DNA of 64,000 bases. It comes from Nitrospinota bacterium (lineage in GTDB: Bacteria > UBA8248). Both the position numbers and the translations under genes were made by a program. The notes below the pieces were generated by a model that saw only the letters and a program-made list of their open reading frames with translations, did not search any database and was not told the origin of the DNA. The stretch spans positions 10,949-74,948 of the forward strand of contig VXPH01000008.1 of the NCBI GenBank assembly GCA_009839615.1, given 5' to 3'. Positions 47,756 to 56,824 of the stretch are shown one piece after another; position 1 is the first letter of the stretch; every line of letters begins with the position of its first letter.

Positions 47756-49354
47756 TTAAAGTCCTCTTTCGATGAGATATTCCACCGGATTGTAATCGTC
47801 CGTCAAAACAGGCCCGTAGAGGCGCGCACCCGGCGGCGAAACGCGCGCGCGCGCGGCGAACGCGAATTTCTGGTCGCGGCGCATCGCCTCGCTCACGCGG
47901 CGGAAACGGCCCGGGTCCGCGTCCCGAAACGCGAAGATAAGGATGTTCTGCGCCGTATAGGGATTCGCGGGGTCCGTGCTGTAGATGAATATCTCCGGGA
48001 ACACCTCGTTCATCGTCCGGTAGACGGATGCGTAAATCGCCCCGCCTGCGCCTGCGCGGTAGCCGATCAGGTTCAGCATGAAGGCGCCGCCGGGCGCCAG
48101 GCGCTCGCGCGCTTCTTCAAAAAACTCCCTGGTGACGAGATGCGGCGGTATGTTCCGCAAGCCCCGGTAGGCGTCGCCCACGATGAAATCGTATTTTTCT
48201 TTCGACGAGCGCAGAATGCGCCTGCCGTCTCCCACCAGGTTCTCGAGCTTCGGGAATTTCCCCAGCCTGAAAAACCTGCTCCCCGCATCGACGACTTCCG
48301 CGTCGAGTTCGGCCACTTCGATGGACACTTCCGGCTTCATGAGATGCAGCGCCTTGGGCATCGTGAACGCGCCGCCGCCGATGAAGATCGCGCGCTTCAT
48401 GTGGGGCACGAACAGCGGCCCGAGTTCCAGGAAGCGGGTGTATTCGTAGAAAAACTTCCTGTCGTCGCCCAGGACCATCGCCCCTTCGGGCTGGTGATCC
48501 AGAAACATCTCGCGCACCCGCACACCGCCCGCTTCCGCCCGCTCGAACACGCGAATCATGTGGTACATGTTCTCGCGCACCCATATCGTGTTCTTGTCCA
48601 CCCCGGGGATAACGCCCAGCCAGGCCGCGCCCGTCCCCATCGTGGCCAAGACGAAGACCCCGAGAAACGTGCTCGCCCGTGCGTTTCGCTTCGAGAACAA
48701 AGACGCGAGGTCGCCGTAGAGATAGAGTCCAAAGAGCGCCGTCAGCACAAGCGCACCCGCCGTCGTCAGGAAGATGCCGTTCAGTCCGAAAAAGGGAATA
48801 AAAACGAAGCCCGTCGCGAACGTGCCGAGGATGCTTCCGACCGTGGACCAGGTGAAAAGGTTTCCCGTAACCGCCCCCAGGCTTCCCTCTCCCCTTGCGG
48901 CGAGCTTCACCGCGAAGGGCGTCAGCGTGGCGAGGACGCACCCCGGTGCGGCGAAGAGCAAGAGACCGGCGAACACCGGCCCCGATTGCAGGCTCAGGCT
49001 CTCCTCCATCGTGGGCAGCAGAATCCCCCGCAGGGCGGGCACCAGGGCCACCAGGCCCGCGCCGCCCAGCATGAGCATGAAGAACAGCTTCGTGGAGGGG
49101 TTCCTGTCCGCGAGCCTTCCCCCAATGGAATAGCCCAGGCTCAGCGCGGCCAGGATGATGCCGATCATCGAGGTCCAGGTGTAGAGCGTGTTGCCGAAAT
49201 GAGGAGCCAGCACGCGCCCCGCCGCGATCTCCATGACGAGAATCGAGCCGCCCGAGAGAAAGACGGAGAAATAGAGATAACGCCCCGCCACGCTCTTTCG
49301 TCCGCTCTCCGGCTCTTTGTCCTGCGGCGACCTTCTGGGCCGTTTCGCCACCAC
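47756..49354 (-). CDS. membrane-anchored spermidine-synthase-like (polyamine aminopropyltransferase) fusion protein
   Basis: 532 aa; N-terminal ~220 aa with 7 predicted TM helices, then a methyltransferase-fold spermidine-synthase-like domain (FIGGGAFTMP..DFIVGDAY). Confidence 0.65.
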   Translation of the reverse strand: MVAKRPRRSPQDKEPESGRKSVAGRYLYFSVFLSGGSILVMEIAAGRVLAPHFGNTLYTWTSMIGIILAALSLGYSIGGRLADRNPSTKLFFMLMLGGAGLVALVPALRGILLPTMEESLSLQSGPVFAGLLLFAAPGCVLATLTPFAVKLAARGEGSLGAVTGNLFTWSTVGSILGTFATGFVFIPFFGLNGIFLTTAGALVLTALFGLYLYGDLASLFSKRNARASTFLGVFVLATMGTGAAWLGVIPGVDKNTIWVRENMYHMIRVFERAEAGGVRVREMFLDHQPEGAMVLGDDRKFFYEYTRFLELGPLFVPHMKRAIFIGGGAFTMPKALHLMKPEVSIEVAELDAEVVDAGSRFFRLGKFPKLENLVGDGRRILRSSKEKYDFIVGDAYRGLRNIPPHLVTREFFEEARERLAPGGAFMLNLIGYRAGAGGAIYASVYRTMNEVFPEIFIYSTDPANPYTAQNILIFAFRDADPGRFRRVSEAMRRDQKFAFAARARVSPPGARLYGPVLTDDYNPVEYLIERGL

Positions 49355-49531
49355 GCGCTCCTCGAATAAACAAAATCACGCCCGAAAAAGAAAACCGCAC
49401 TCTATGGCACTAAAAGACCTGAGGCAAGCCGGGGGTCCGCCTGGATTTTTTCGGGTCGATGCCGCATAAATAGAATGAATTTCGCGCCGAGCGGCGCCCC
49501 GTGAACTTTTCCTCAACAAGAGAACGACGAT

Positions 49532-50221
49532 TTGACCTCTGATAAGGTGTATCCATCATCCAAAGCCGCCATCGCTGACATCCCCGACGGCGCCACCATT
49601 CTGCTGGGCGGGTTCGGCGGCGCGGGCATCCCGGAAAACCTCCTGGTCGCCATGGCCGATCATCCCGCGCGCGAGCTGACCGTCGTCACCAACCACGCGG
49701 GCTTCGGCGAGCGCGGCCTCGCCGTGCTGCTCCGGCAGGGGAAGGTGCGGAAGATCATCTGCAGCTACGCCTTCCACAGGAGCGCGTTCGTGTTTCGGGA
49801 ACTGTATCTGGAGGGGAAAATCGAACTCGAACAACTCCCCCAGGGAACCATGGCCGAGAGAATCCGGGCGGCGGGCGCGGGTATTTCCGCCTTCTACACG
49901 CCCACCGGCGTCGGCACGCAGGCGGCCGAGGGCAAGGAGACCCGCACGATTAACGGGCGCGACGTCGTGCTCGAACATCCCCTGCCCGGCGACGTGGCGG
50001 TCATCAAGGCGCACCGGGCTGACCGCATGGGGAACCTCACCTACCGGGGCACGGCGGCGAACTTCAACCCCGTCATGGCGACGGCGGCGCCACTCACCAT
50101 CGTCGAGGTGGAGGAAATCGTGGCCCCCGGCGTCATCGCGCCCGAGAGCGTGCACACGCCTTCGATATACGTGCAAAGAGTCGTCAGAGGAGAAGACCTT
50201 GACCTCCGATCCGAAACTTGA
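49532..50221 (+). CDS. 3-oxoacid CoA-transferase subunit A (ScoA/AtoD-like)
   Basis: 229 aa; GATILLGGFGGAGIPENL family-I CoA-transferase alpha. Confidence 0.85.
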   Translation: MTSDKVYPSSKAAIADIPDGATILLGGFGGAGIPENLLVAMADHPARELTVVTNHAGFGERGLAVLLRQGKVRKIICSYAFHRSAFVFRELYLEGKIELEQLPQGTMAERIRAAGAGISAFYTPTGVGTQAAEGKETRTINGRDVVLEHPLPGDVAVIKAHRADRMGNLTYRGTAANFNPVMATAAPLTIVEVEEIVAPGVIAPESVHTPSIYVQRVVRGEDLDLRSET

Positions 50222-50894
50222 AAGCTGCGCGCTGAAACCTGCCGACATCGCCCGGCGCGTAGCGGCGGAACTGCCAGGCGGCGCGGTAGTGAATCTTGGC
50301 ATCGGCATACCCACGCTGGTGGGGAACTACGTGGAGGCCGGACGCGGCGTGATGTTCATGGCGGAGAACGGCATTATCGGCGCAGGCCCGAGGCCCGAAC
50401 CCGGCGAGGAGGACAAGGACTACATCAACGCCTCGCGCGAGCCCATCACCACGCTTCCGGGCGCGTCGGTGTTCGGGCACGCCGACGCCTTCGCCATGAT
50501 ACGCGGCGGCCACATCGACATCGCCGTCATGGGCGCGCTGCAGGTCTCCGCCCGGGGCGACCTCGCCAACTGGACGGTACCGGGCGTGGGCAAGGGCGGC
50601 ATCGGCGGCGCGATGGACCTTGCGGCGGGCGCGCGCGAGGTCTACGCCATCATGGCCCACACCATGAAGGACGGCGGCTTGAAGCTCCTGGAAGAATGCT
50701 CCTATCCCCTCACCGCGAAAAGAGTCGTAACCAAGCTGTTCACCGACATCGCTTTCATCGAGATCACGCCGGACGGCCCCGTCTTAAGAGAAGTGGCCGA
50801 AGGCTTAACGACAGAGGACGTGCAGGCGGTGAGCGAACCGAGGCTCATCACGAACGGGCCGCCGGGCGTACTTTCGCGCGAGGAGGCCCCATGA
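50199..50894 (+). CDS. 3-oxoacid CoA-transferase subunit B (ScoB/AtoA-like)
   Basis: 231 aa; IARRVAAELPGGAVVNLGIGIPT, catalytic-Glu region MAENG. Confidence 0.85.
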   Translation: MTSDPKLESCALKPADIARRVAAELPGGAVVNLGIGIPTLVGNYVEAGRGVMFMAENGIIGAGPRPEPGEEDKDYINASREPITTLPGASVFGHADAFAMIRGGHIDIAVMGALQVSARGDLANWTVPGVGKGGIGGAMDLAAGAREVYAIMAHTMKDGGLKLLEECSYPLTAKRVVTKLFTDIAFIEITPDGPVLREVAEGLTTEDVQAVSEPRLITNGPPGVLSREEAP

Positions 50895-52111
50895 CGCGCG
50901 CGGGCAGCGGCCTCTCCGCGAATCCTGATTCCGCCGCCGCCGCGCGCGAAGCGATTGAAGAAGCCATGTCGGAGGCCAGGATCGACGACGCCTCTCTCGT
51001 TTTCCTGTTCGCGACGCCGGGACACCTGAGCAGATGGCCCGAGGTGGTCGCCGCCGTAGCGGAGGGAACGGGCGGCGCGCGGGTCGTGGGCTGCACCGGC
51101 TTCGGGGTCATGACGGCCCAGGGCGAAATCGAGCGCAAGCCGGGAATCTCGGTCCTGGCGGTCGGCGGAGACGCCCCGCCCGCAGCGCCGTTTCTCGTCG
51201 AGGGTCTGGGCGACGCTCCCGCGGAATGTGGACGCGCCATCGGCCGGGCGGCGAAAAAAGAACTGGGAGACGCGCTGTCCCCGGAGAGTCCGCCCCTCGT
51301 CGTCATCATGCCCGACAGCTATCACTTACAGGCCGATGCGCTCTTCGAGGGAATTCACGAGGAACTGGGCGAGGAGGCCATCATCGTGGGAGGCGGCGCC
51401 GCGGAGGACGGCACGGCGGGGCGAACCTTCCAGTTCCTGGACGGAGGGGTGCAGACGGGCGCCGTCTCGGGCGTCGTATTCGCGGGCGCGCCCAGGCGAT
51501 TCATCGGAATATCCCAGGCCTATCTGCCGGTGGGCGAGCCCAGACTCATCACCCGCGCGGAGGAAAACGTGGTCTGGGAAATCTCGGGCGAGCGCGCGTA
51601 CGACGCCTACGCCGAGGCGGCGGGTCCCGAATGGATGGAGAACATCCGCTTCGCGGCCATGAACCTGTTCATCGGCATTCCGGGAGACCCGGACAAGGTG
51701 ATGCTCGATCACGGCGAGTACATCGTGCGGCCCATCGTGGGCGCGGACGAGGAACGCGGGGTCATCGCGCTGCCGACGCCTGTCAGAACCGGCCAGGCCA
51801 TCACCTTCGCCAAACGCGACGGGTCGCGCGCGCGTGAGGACCTCCGCACCATGCTGGAGAAAGGCGCGCGCCGTTTCGCTGCCTCAGAAGATACGGATGC
51901 GCGCGCGTTCGGCCTTTATTTCAACTGCGCGGGCCGGGGCAGTTCCCTCTACGGGGAGATGGAGGTGGACGCCGGAGCGATTCGAGAGAAGATGCGCGGG
52001 CTGCCAGTCGCCGGGTTCTTCACGGGTTCGGAGATCGCGCCCATCGGAAAGATCGACCATCTCCACCAGTATTCCGGCGTCCTCGTTCTGCTGGGAGAGG
52101 ACACGGCGTAA
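50891..52111 (+). CDS. FIST-domain protein (FIST-N + FIST-C putative sensor)
   Basis: 406 aa from ATG 50891 (AGGAGG SD; ATGA overlap with the scoB stop); FIST-like pattern (CTGFGV..GGAAEDG...YFNCAGRG). Confidence 0.7.
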   Translation: MTRAGSGLSANPDSAAAAREAIEEAMSEARIDDASLVFLFATPGHLSRWPEVVAAVAEGTGGARVVGCTGFGVMTAQGEIERKPGISVLAVGGDAPPAAPFLVEGLGDAPAECGRAIGRAAKKELGDALSPESPPLVVIMPDSYHLQADALFEGIHEELGEEAIIVGGGAAEDGTAGRTFQFLDGGVQTGAVSGVVFAGAPRRFIGISQAYLPVGEPRLITRAEENVVWEISGERAYDAYAEAAGPEWMENIRFAAMNLFIGIPGDPDKVMLDHGEYIVRPIVGADEERGVIALPTPVRTGQAITFAKRDGSRAREDLRTMLEKGARRFAASEDTDARAFGLYFNCAGRGSSLYGEMEVDAGAIREKMRGLPVAGFFTGSEIAPIGKIDHLHQYSGVLVLLGEDTA

Positions 52112-52145
52112 GAGAAATTTCTCATCATCCACGGGAGTGCGTCTT

Positions 52146-52574
52146 ATGGGATACAGCACGGGCAACATCATCGTCACGACTCTTCACGTGCTGAGCGCGA
52201 TTCTGGCGGTCGGCGGCGTGGCCTTTCTTCGTCTCGTGGTCATACCCACGGCGGCGGACCTGCCCGAAGCGGAACGGGGGCCGTTCATGGCGAAAATCCA
52301 GAAACGGTTCATCCCGATCCTCCACGGCTCGTTCCTGATCCTGATACTGACAGGGCTTCACCACCTGGGCCGCCTCGTGGTCAGCGGACTCGCTATTCCG
52401 GGGTCTCTGATAGTCAAGATCGTCCTCGCGCTCGTGATCATCTTCGTAGGCGTTGCGCTCACCATTCCCAGGGGATTCGAGGGCATGAAGGCGCAGCGCA
52501 AGACCTGGCTCCTCTTCAATCTCATCCTCGCCTTGATTGTCGTCTACCTGGGCGTCTCATTCACCCACGGGTAA
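52146..52574 (+). CDS. small 4-TM membrane protein, unknown function
   Basis: 142 aa hydrophobic. Start from ATG 52146 within the longer ORF 51834-52574. Confidence 0.55.
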   Translation: MGYSTGNIIVTTLHVLSAILAVGGVAFLRLVVIPTAADLPEAERGPFMAKIQKRFIPILHGSFLILILTGLHHLGRLVVSGLAIPGSLIVKIVLALVIIFVGVALTIPRGFEGMKAQRKTWLLFNLILALIVVYLGVSFTHG

Positions 52575-52595
52575 GGCAGGCAAAGGAGATCGCAA

Positions 52596-53600
52596 GTGAT
52601 GCGGGCAGGCTGGTACGAGCGCAAGGGCGCGGCGCGCGATGTCATCGAGACAGGCGAGATGGCGACGCCGGAACCCGGCGCAGGTGAAATAAGAGTGCGG
52701 CTCCACGCCTCGGGCGTGAACCCCACGGACTGCAAGCGCCGCGGGGGCCAGGGATCCGATGATTGGGGCTATTTCGAGCATTTTCCCGATTTTCCGAGGA
52801 TCATCCCCCACAACGACGGCGCGGGCGTCGTGGAGGAACTCGGCCCTGGCGCGAGCGACCATGAAGCCGGCGACCGCGTGTGGGTCTACAACGCGCGCTA
52901 CAAACGCGCGTTCGGCACCTCGGCGCAATACGTCTGCCTCCCCGAGAAATTTCTGGTCCGCCTGCCGGAGGGAACCAGCTTCGTTGAGGGGGCGTGCCTC
53001 GGGATTCCCGCCATGACGGCCCACCGCTGCCTGTTCGCGGACGGCCCCATTGCGGGCAAGACGGTGCTGGTGACTGGCGGCGCCGGCCGCGTGGGCGTCT
53101 ACGCGGTGCAACTGGCCAAATGGGCGGGAGCGCGCGTCATCGCCACGGTGAGTTCGGCGTCCAAGGCGGAGCGGGCGTCGGCGGCCGATCACCTGATCAA
53201 CTACCGCGAAGAGGACGTCGCCGAAAGGGTATTGGAGATCACGGGCGGCGCGGGCGTGGACCGCGTGGTGGACGTGAACCTGGGCGTGAACTGGGAGACG
53301 AACTACAAAATCCTGAAAATCGGCGGCGTCATCACCTCTTATTCCTCGATGGGGGATCGCAACCCTCCTTTTCCCCACTACGAACTCATGCTGAACAACA
53401 TCACCATCCGCCTCGTGATGGTCCACTGCTGCCCGCCGGAGGCTTTGCTCCATGCGGCGGCGGACATCACCCGTGCCCTGGACGCAGGCGCGCTCTCCCA
53501 CCACATCGCGGAGCGGTTCCCGCTCGAAGAACTCGCCGGCGCGCACGAGACCGTGGAAGCGGGTGAGGCGGTGGGCAACGTGATCGTGGAAATCGACTAG
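52596..53600 (+). CDS. NADPH:quinone oxidoreductase / zinc-type alcohol dehydrogenase (MDR) family
   Basis: 334 aa; GVNPTD, VLVTGGAGRVGVYAVQLAK Rossmann. Confidence 0.82.
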   Translation: MMRAGWYERKGAARDVIETGEMATPEPGAGEIRVRLHASGVNPTDCKRRGGQGSDDWGYFEHFPDFPRIIPHNDGAGVVEELGPGASDHEAGDRVWVYNARYKRAFGTSAQYVCLPEKFLVRLPEGTSFVEGACLGIPAMTAHRCLFADGPIAGKTVLVTGGAGRVGVYAVQLAKWAGARVIATVSSASKAERASAADHLINYREEDVAERVLEITGGAGVDRVVDVNLGVNWETNYKILKIGGVITSYSSMGDRNPPFPHYELMLNNITIRLVMVHCCPPEALLHAAADITRALDAGALSHHIAERFPLEELAGAHETVEAGEAVGNVIVEID

Positions 53601-54820
53601 AAGATATTCAGCTTCTTGAGTCCCGATTCCAGGGCGTCGAGCGTCCGGTCGATCTGCGCTTCGGTGTGCGTCGCCATCAGGGTGGCCCGGAGCCTGCTGG
53701 TTCCTTCGGGCACCGTGGGCGGGCGGATGGCGAGCAGGTAGACGCCCGCCTCCATCAGATACTCCGCGAGCGCGAGCGTCTTTTCCGTATCCTTGATGAT
53801 GATGGGGAAAATCGGTATCTCGGCCCCCGGCGGGGGATCGCTCACGCGCACCCCGATGTGGCGAAGCCCGGCGCGGAAGCGCGCGCACAGATTCGCCAGA
53901 TTCTCCCGGCGACGCTCCCCCTCGGCGCCTTCCGCGACGCGAAGGGCGGCGCCAGAGGCGGCGGCCACGGCGGGCGGGAGGCTCGTCGAGTAGATGTAGG
54001 GACGCGCCTTGTTGACGAGGTAATCCACCACCGCAGAATCCGCGCAGGCGAACGCGCCGTAAGAGGCGAGCGCCTTGCCCAGCGTACCCATGGAGACCGA
54101 AACACCTTCTTCTACTCCGAAATACACGCCGCTCCCCCGGCCGCCCTCGCCGATGACCCCCGTGGCATGCGCGTCGTCCACCACGAGCATCGCGCCGTAT
54201 TTTCGAGCGAGTTCGCAGATGCCGGGAAGCGGGGCCAAATCCCCGTCCATGCTGAAGACGCCGTCCGTCACGATGAGCTTCCGGCGCGCGGAGGAGGCGC
54301 GCTTGAGAGCGTCTTCCAGGCGGTTGAGGTTCCCGTGCGGATAGATGTGGACGCGGGCCCGGGAGAGCCGGCAGCCGTCCACGATGCTCGCGTGGTTGAG
54401 CGCGTCGCTGAAAACGGCGTCTCCCTCCCCCGCCAGGGCGGTGATGAGGCTTAAGTTCGCCAGAAAACCCGAACCGAAGACGAGTGCGGCGCCCTTTCGC
54501 TTGAAGGCGGCCAGCGCGCGCGCCAATTCCTCGTGGGCGCTCATGTGCCCCGAGATGAGCGGGGAGGCGGCCCCGCTCGCGCCTGCGGTTCTCGCGGCCT
54601 CGACCGACGCCTCGATGATGGCCGAATAGCCCGCCAGTCCCAGATAGTTGTTGCTCGAAAAATTGACGAGGGTCCTGCCGTCGTGGCGCATGGTGGGACC
54701 CTGCATCCCCTCGACCGTGCGCAGCCTACGACGCAGGTTGGCTTCGGTGAGTTCTCGCAACTCATCTTCGAGCTGCGCCTTCCAGCCTTGTGTGGTGATT
54801 TTTTCGCGCGTCTCATCCAT
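53597..54820 (-). CDS. class-II aminotransferase: 8-amino-7-oxononanoate synthase / 2-amino-3-ketobutyrate CoA ligase family
   Basis: 407 aa; PLP-lysine region SMGTLGKA, N-terminal FSSNNYLGL. Confidence 0.8.
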   Translation of the reverse strand: MDETREKITTQGWKAQLEDELRELTEANLRRRLRTVEGMQGPTMRHDGRTLVNFSSNNYLGLAGYSAIIEASVEAARTAGASGAASPLISGHMSAHEELARALAAFKRKGAALVFGSGFLANLSLITALAGEGDAVFSDALNHASIVDGCRLSRARVHIYPHGNLNRLEDALKRASSARRKLIVTDGVFSMDGDLAPLPGICELARKYGAMLVVDDAHATGVIGEGGRGSGVYFGVEEGVSVSMGTLGKALASYGAFACADSAVVDYLVNKARPYIYSTSLPPAVAAASGAALRVAEGAEGERRRENLANLCARFRAGLRHIGVRVSDPPPGAEIPIFPIIIKDTEKTLALAEYLMEAGVYLLAIRPPTVPEGTSRLRATLMATHTEAQIDRTLDALESGLKKLNIF

Positions 54821-54954
54821 GCGGGCATTTTAGAGAACGAGGGCGCCCCCGAAAAGCGCGGGACGGCGAAACTCTTGCGCCGCCTCCGCAATGGTGTCAT
54901 TTTGCCGGGAAACCAAGGTCGTGCGGATCCCACCCGGCGGAAAGGAGCCTCGCT

Positions 54955-55328
54955 TGAACTGGCTATTGGTGGCGGCGGGCGGCGCGATCGGCAGCGCGCT
55001 GCGCTACGGACTGGCGCTCTTCGTGCAGCGATCGCTGGGCGCAGGCTGGCCCTTCGGCACTCTGGCGGCCAACGTCATCGGCTCGTTCATCATCGGCTGC
55101 ATGTACGAGTTGCTGGTCGCCAGGGAATTATTCAGCGAGGAAGTCCGCCTGTTCACGATGATCGGCCTGCTGGGCGGGTTCACCACGTTTTCCGCCTTCA
55201 GTCTCGAAACCTTGCTCATGTTCCAGGAGGGCGACTGGCTTCTCGCAGCGCTCTACGTGGCGCTATCAGTCGCCGGGTGTCTCCTCGCCGTCTGGGCGGG
55301 GTTTCAGTTCGCCGCGGCGGTGACATGA
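54955..55328 (+). CDS. crcB: fluoride ion channel CrcB/FluC
   Basis: 124 aa from TTG 54955 (AAGGAG SD); GGAIGSALRY...GFTTFSAFS CrcB motifs. Confidence 0.8.
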
Positions 55329-55487
55329 CGCATCAAAACTTGCCCGGCAGCGAATTTTTAAGCACAAAAAAATTCCCCGCGCCGCAGGGCAACGGGGACC
55401 ACCAGGCGAGCCTGATGGGTAGCCTTATAATTTTGCTAACTCAATTCACACCTTGTCAACATCTTATTCACCAGCGTGCACGGCCCC

Positions 55488-56282
55488 TCAGATCGAATAC
55501 ATCTCTCCCCCGTCGACCTGCAGCGCGGCGCCCGTGATGTAGCTCGCGCGCTCGCTGGCGAGAAAGGCCACCGCCGCCGCGAATTCCTCCGCCTCGCCGA
55601 GGCGGCCGATGGCGATGTCCTTCGTCACCTCGGCGTAGACTTCTTCTTCCGTGCGGCCGCTCTCCGCCGCCATCTTCGCGATGCGCTCGGGCCAGTGGGT
55701 GTTGAAGCGTCCGGGATTCACGATGTTGACCAGAATCCCGTCGCGCACAAACTCGCCGGCGAGTGATTTCGTGAAGTTCAAGAGCGCGGCCTTCGAAGCG
55801 TTCGAGACCACGCGGCGGGGCCGGGGCTGGCGGCTACTCGTGGAGCCCGTCATGATGATGCGGCCCCATTTCTGCCTTTGCATGTAGGGGATCACCAGGC
55901 GGCTGAACTCCGAAGCCGCGTAGAGAATACTGCGCATGGAGTAATCCCAGTCCGCGCGCTCCACGTCCAGGAAATCCCTGGTGGTGCTCACGCCCGCGTT
56001 ACTCACGAGGATGTGGACGGTCCCGAACAGGGCGACCGTCTCCTCCACCACGGCGGCGATGTCTTCCGCTACGCTCACGTCGCAGCGCACCGCGCGCACC
56101 ACGCCTTCCGAGACCGACTGGATTTCCCGCTTGGCCGCCGCCAGGCGCTCCTCGTTCCGCGCGCAGATGCAGACGTCGCAGCCTTCCTGTGCGAGCTCCC
56201 TGGCGACCGCGAGGCCCAGGCCCGAATTTCCGCCGGTGATGATGGCGGCCTTTCCGTCAAGTCCCAGATCCATGTCGTTCAT
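55488..56282 (-). CDS. SDR-family oxidoreductase
   Basis: 264 aa; TGGNSGLGLA cofactor motif, NAG, catalytic S..YxxxK region. Confidence 0.8.
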   Translation of the reverse strand: MNDMDLGLDGKAAIITGGNSGLGLAVARELAQEGCDVCICARNEERLAAAKREIQSVSEGVVRAVRCDVSVAEDIAAVVEETVALFGTVHILVSNAGVSTTRDFLDVERADWDYSMRSILYAASEFSRLVIPYMQRQKWGRIIMTGSTSSRQPRPRRVVSNASKAALLNFTKSLAGEFVRDGILVNIVNPGRFNTHWPERIAKMAAESGRTEEEVYAEVTKDIAIGRLGEAEEFAAAVAFLASERASYITGAALQVDGGEMYSI

Positions 56283-56344
56283 CCTCGTCTGATGCAGAAA
56301 ATTCCGTCTTTTCCGGGAGAACCGTTAGCCCCGGCCAAAGGAAA

Positions 56345-56439
56345 AATGAATGACGTAGGGGCAGACCTGCGTGTCCGCCCGCTCCAAGTTTTTCGCCGCA
56401 TTTGCCTATGGCTGGGCGGACACATGGGTCCGCCCCTAC
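56345..56439. repeat. GTAGGGGCAGACCTGCGTGTCCGCCC...GGGCGGACACATGGGTCCGCCCCTAC long palindromic element (26-nt arms, ~43-nt spacer), family copy 3
   Basis: Arms are reverse complements with ~4 mismatches. Lies in the divergent SDR / AhpD-like intergenic region. Confidence 0.55.
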
Positions 56440-56541
56440 AAAACCTACAGCATATCTCCGCACCCGATGGCGATTGAGAAATGCGGGTACGCCCCCTTAT
56501 AATCCACCGATTCCGCCGTTCGCCACCCGAGAGGAGAAAAA

Positions 56542-56814
56542 ATGACGGAGCGCGCCGATTTTCGCCAGTTCTACCGCGACGCCCATAAAGTGGACCTGCT
56601 CACCGACCGTGAGAAAATCCTGATGGGCCTGGCCATCGCCATCGTGCGCAATTGCCAGCCGTGAGTGGACCGCCGCCTGGCGGACGCCGGGAAAGCGGGA
56701 CTCGAAGAGGAGACGCTCGACGCCGCATTCGATTTGACCGCCGCCGTCATGGCGGGTATCGCCCAGAGCATGAACCAGCGCTACAAGGAGTCGCGGGCTC
56801 AGGGCGCTTCCTAG
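56542..56814 (+). CDS. AhpD-like (carboxymuconolactone decarboxylase family) protein with in-frame TGA at 56662-56664 in a C-x-x-U redox motif (putative selenoprotein)
   Basis: Not in the ORF track, because it is split by the TGA. ATG 56542 with GAGGAG SD. Translation MTERADFRQFYRDAHKVDLLTDREKILMGLAIAIVRNCQP-U-VDRRLADAGKAGLEEETLDAAFDLTAAVMAGIAQSMNQRYKESRAQGAS. Layout matches CMD/AhpD core ..N-G-C-x-x-C-x-x-x-H.. with the second Cys replaced by TGA. Stop TAG at 56812. Confidence 0.6.
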
Positions 56815-56824
56815 AGATCCTCTT

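Noticed and set aside
47654-49369. 571-aa plus-strand ORF
   Set aside because: Antisense to the membrane spermidine-synthase-like gene; no motifs; compositional artefact.
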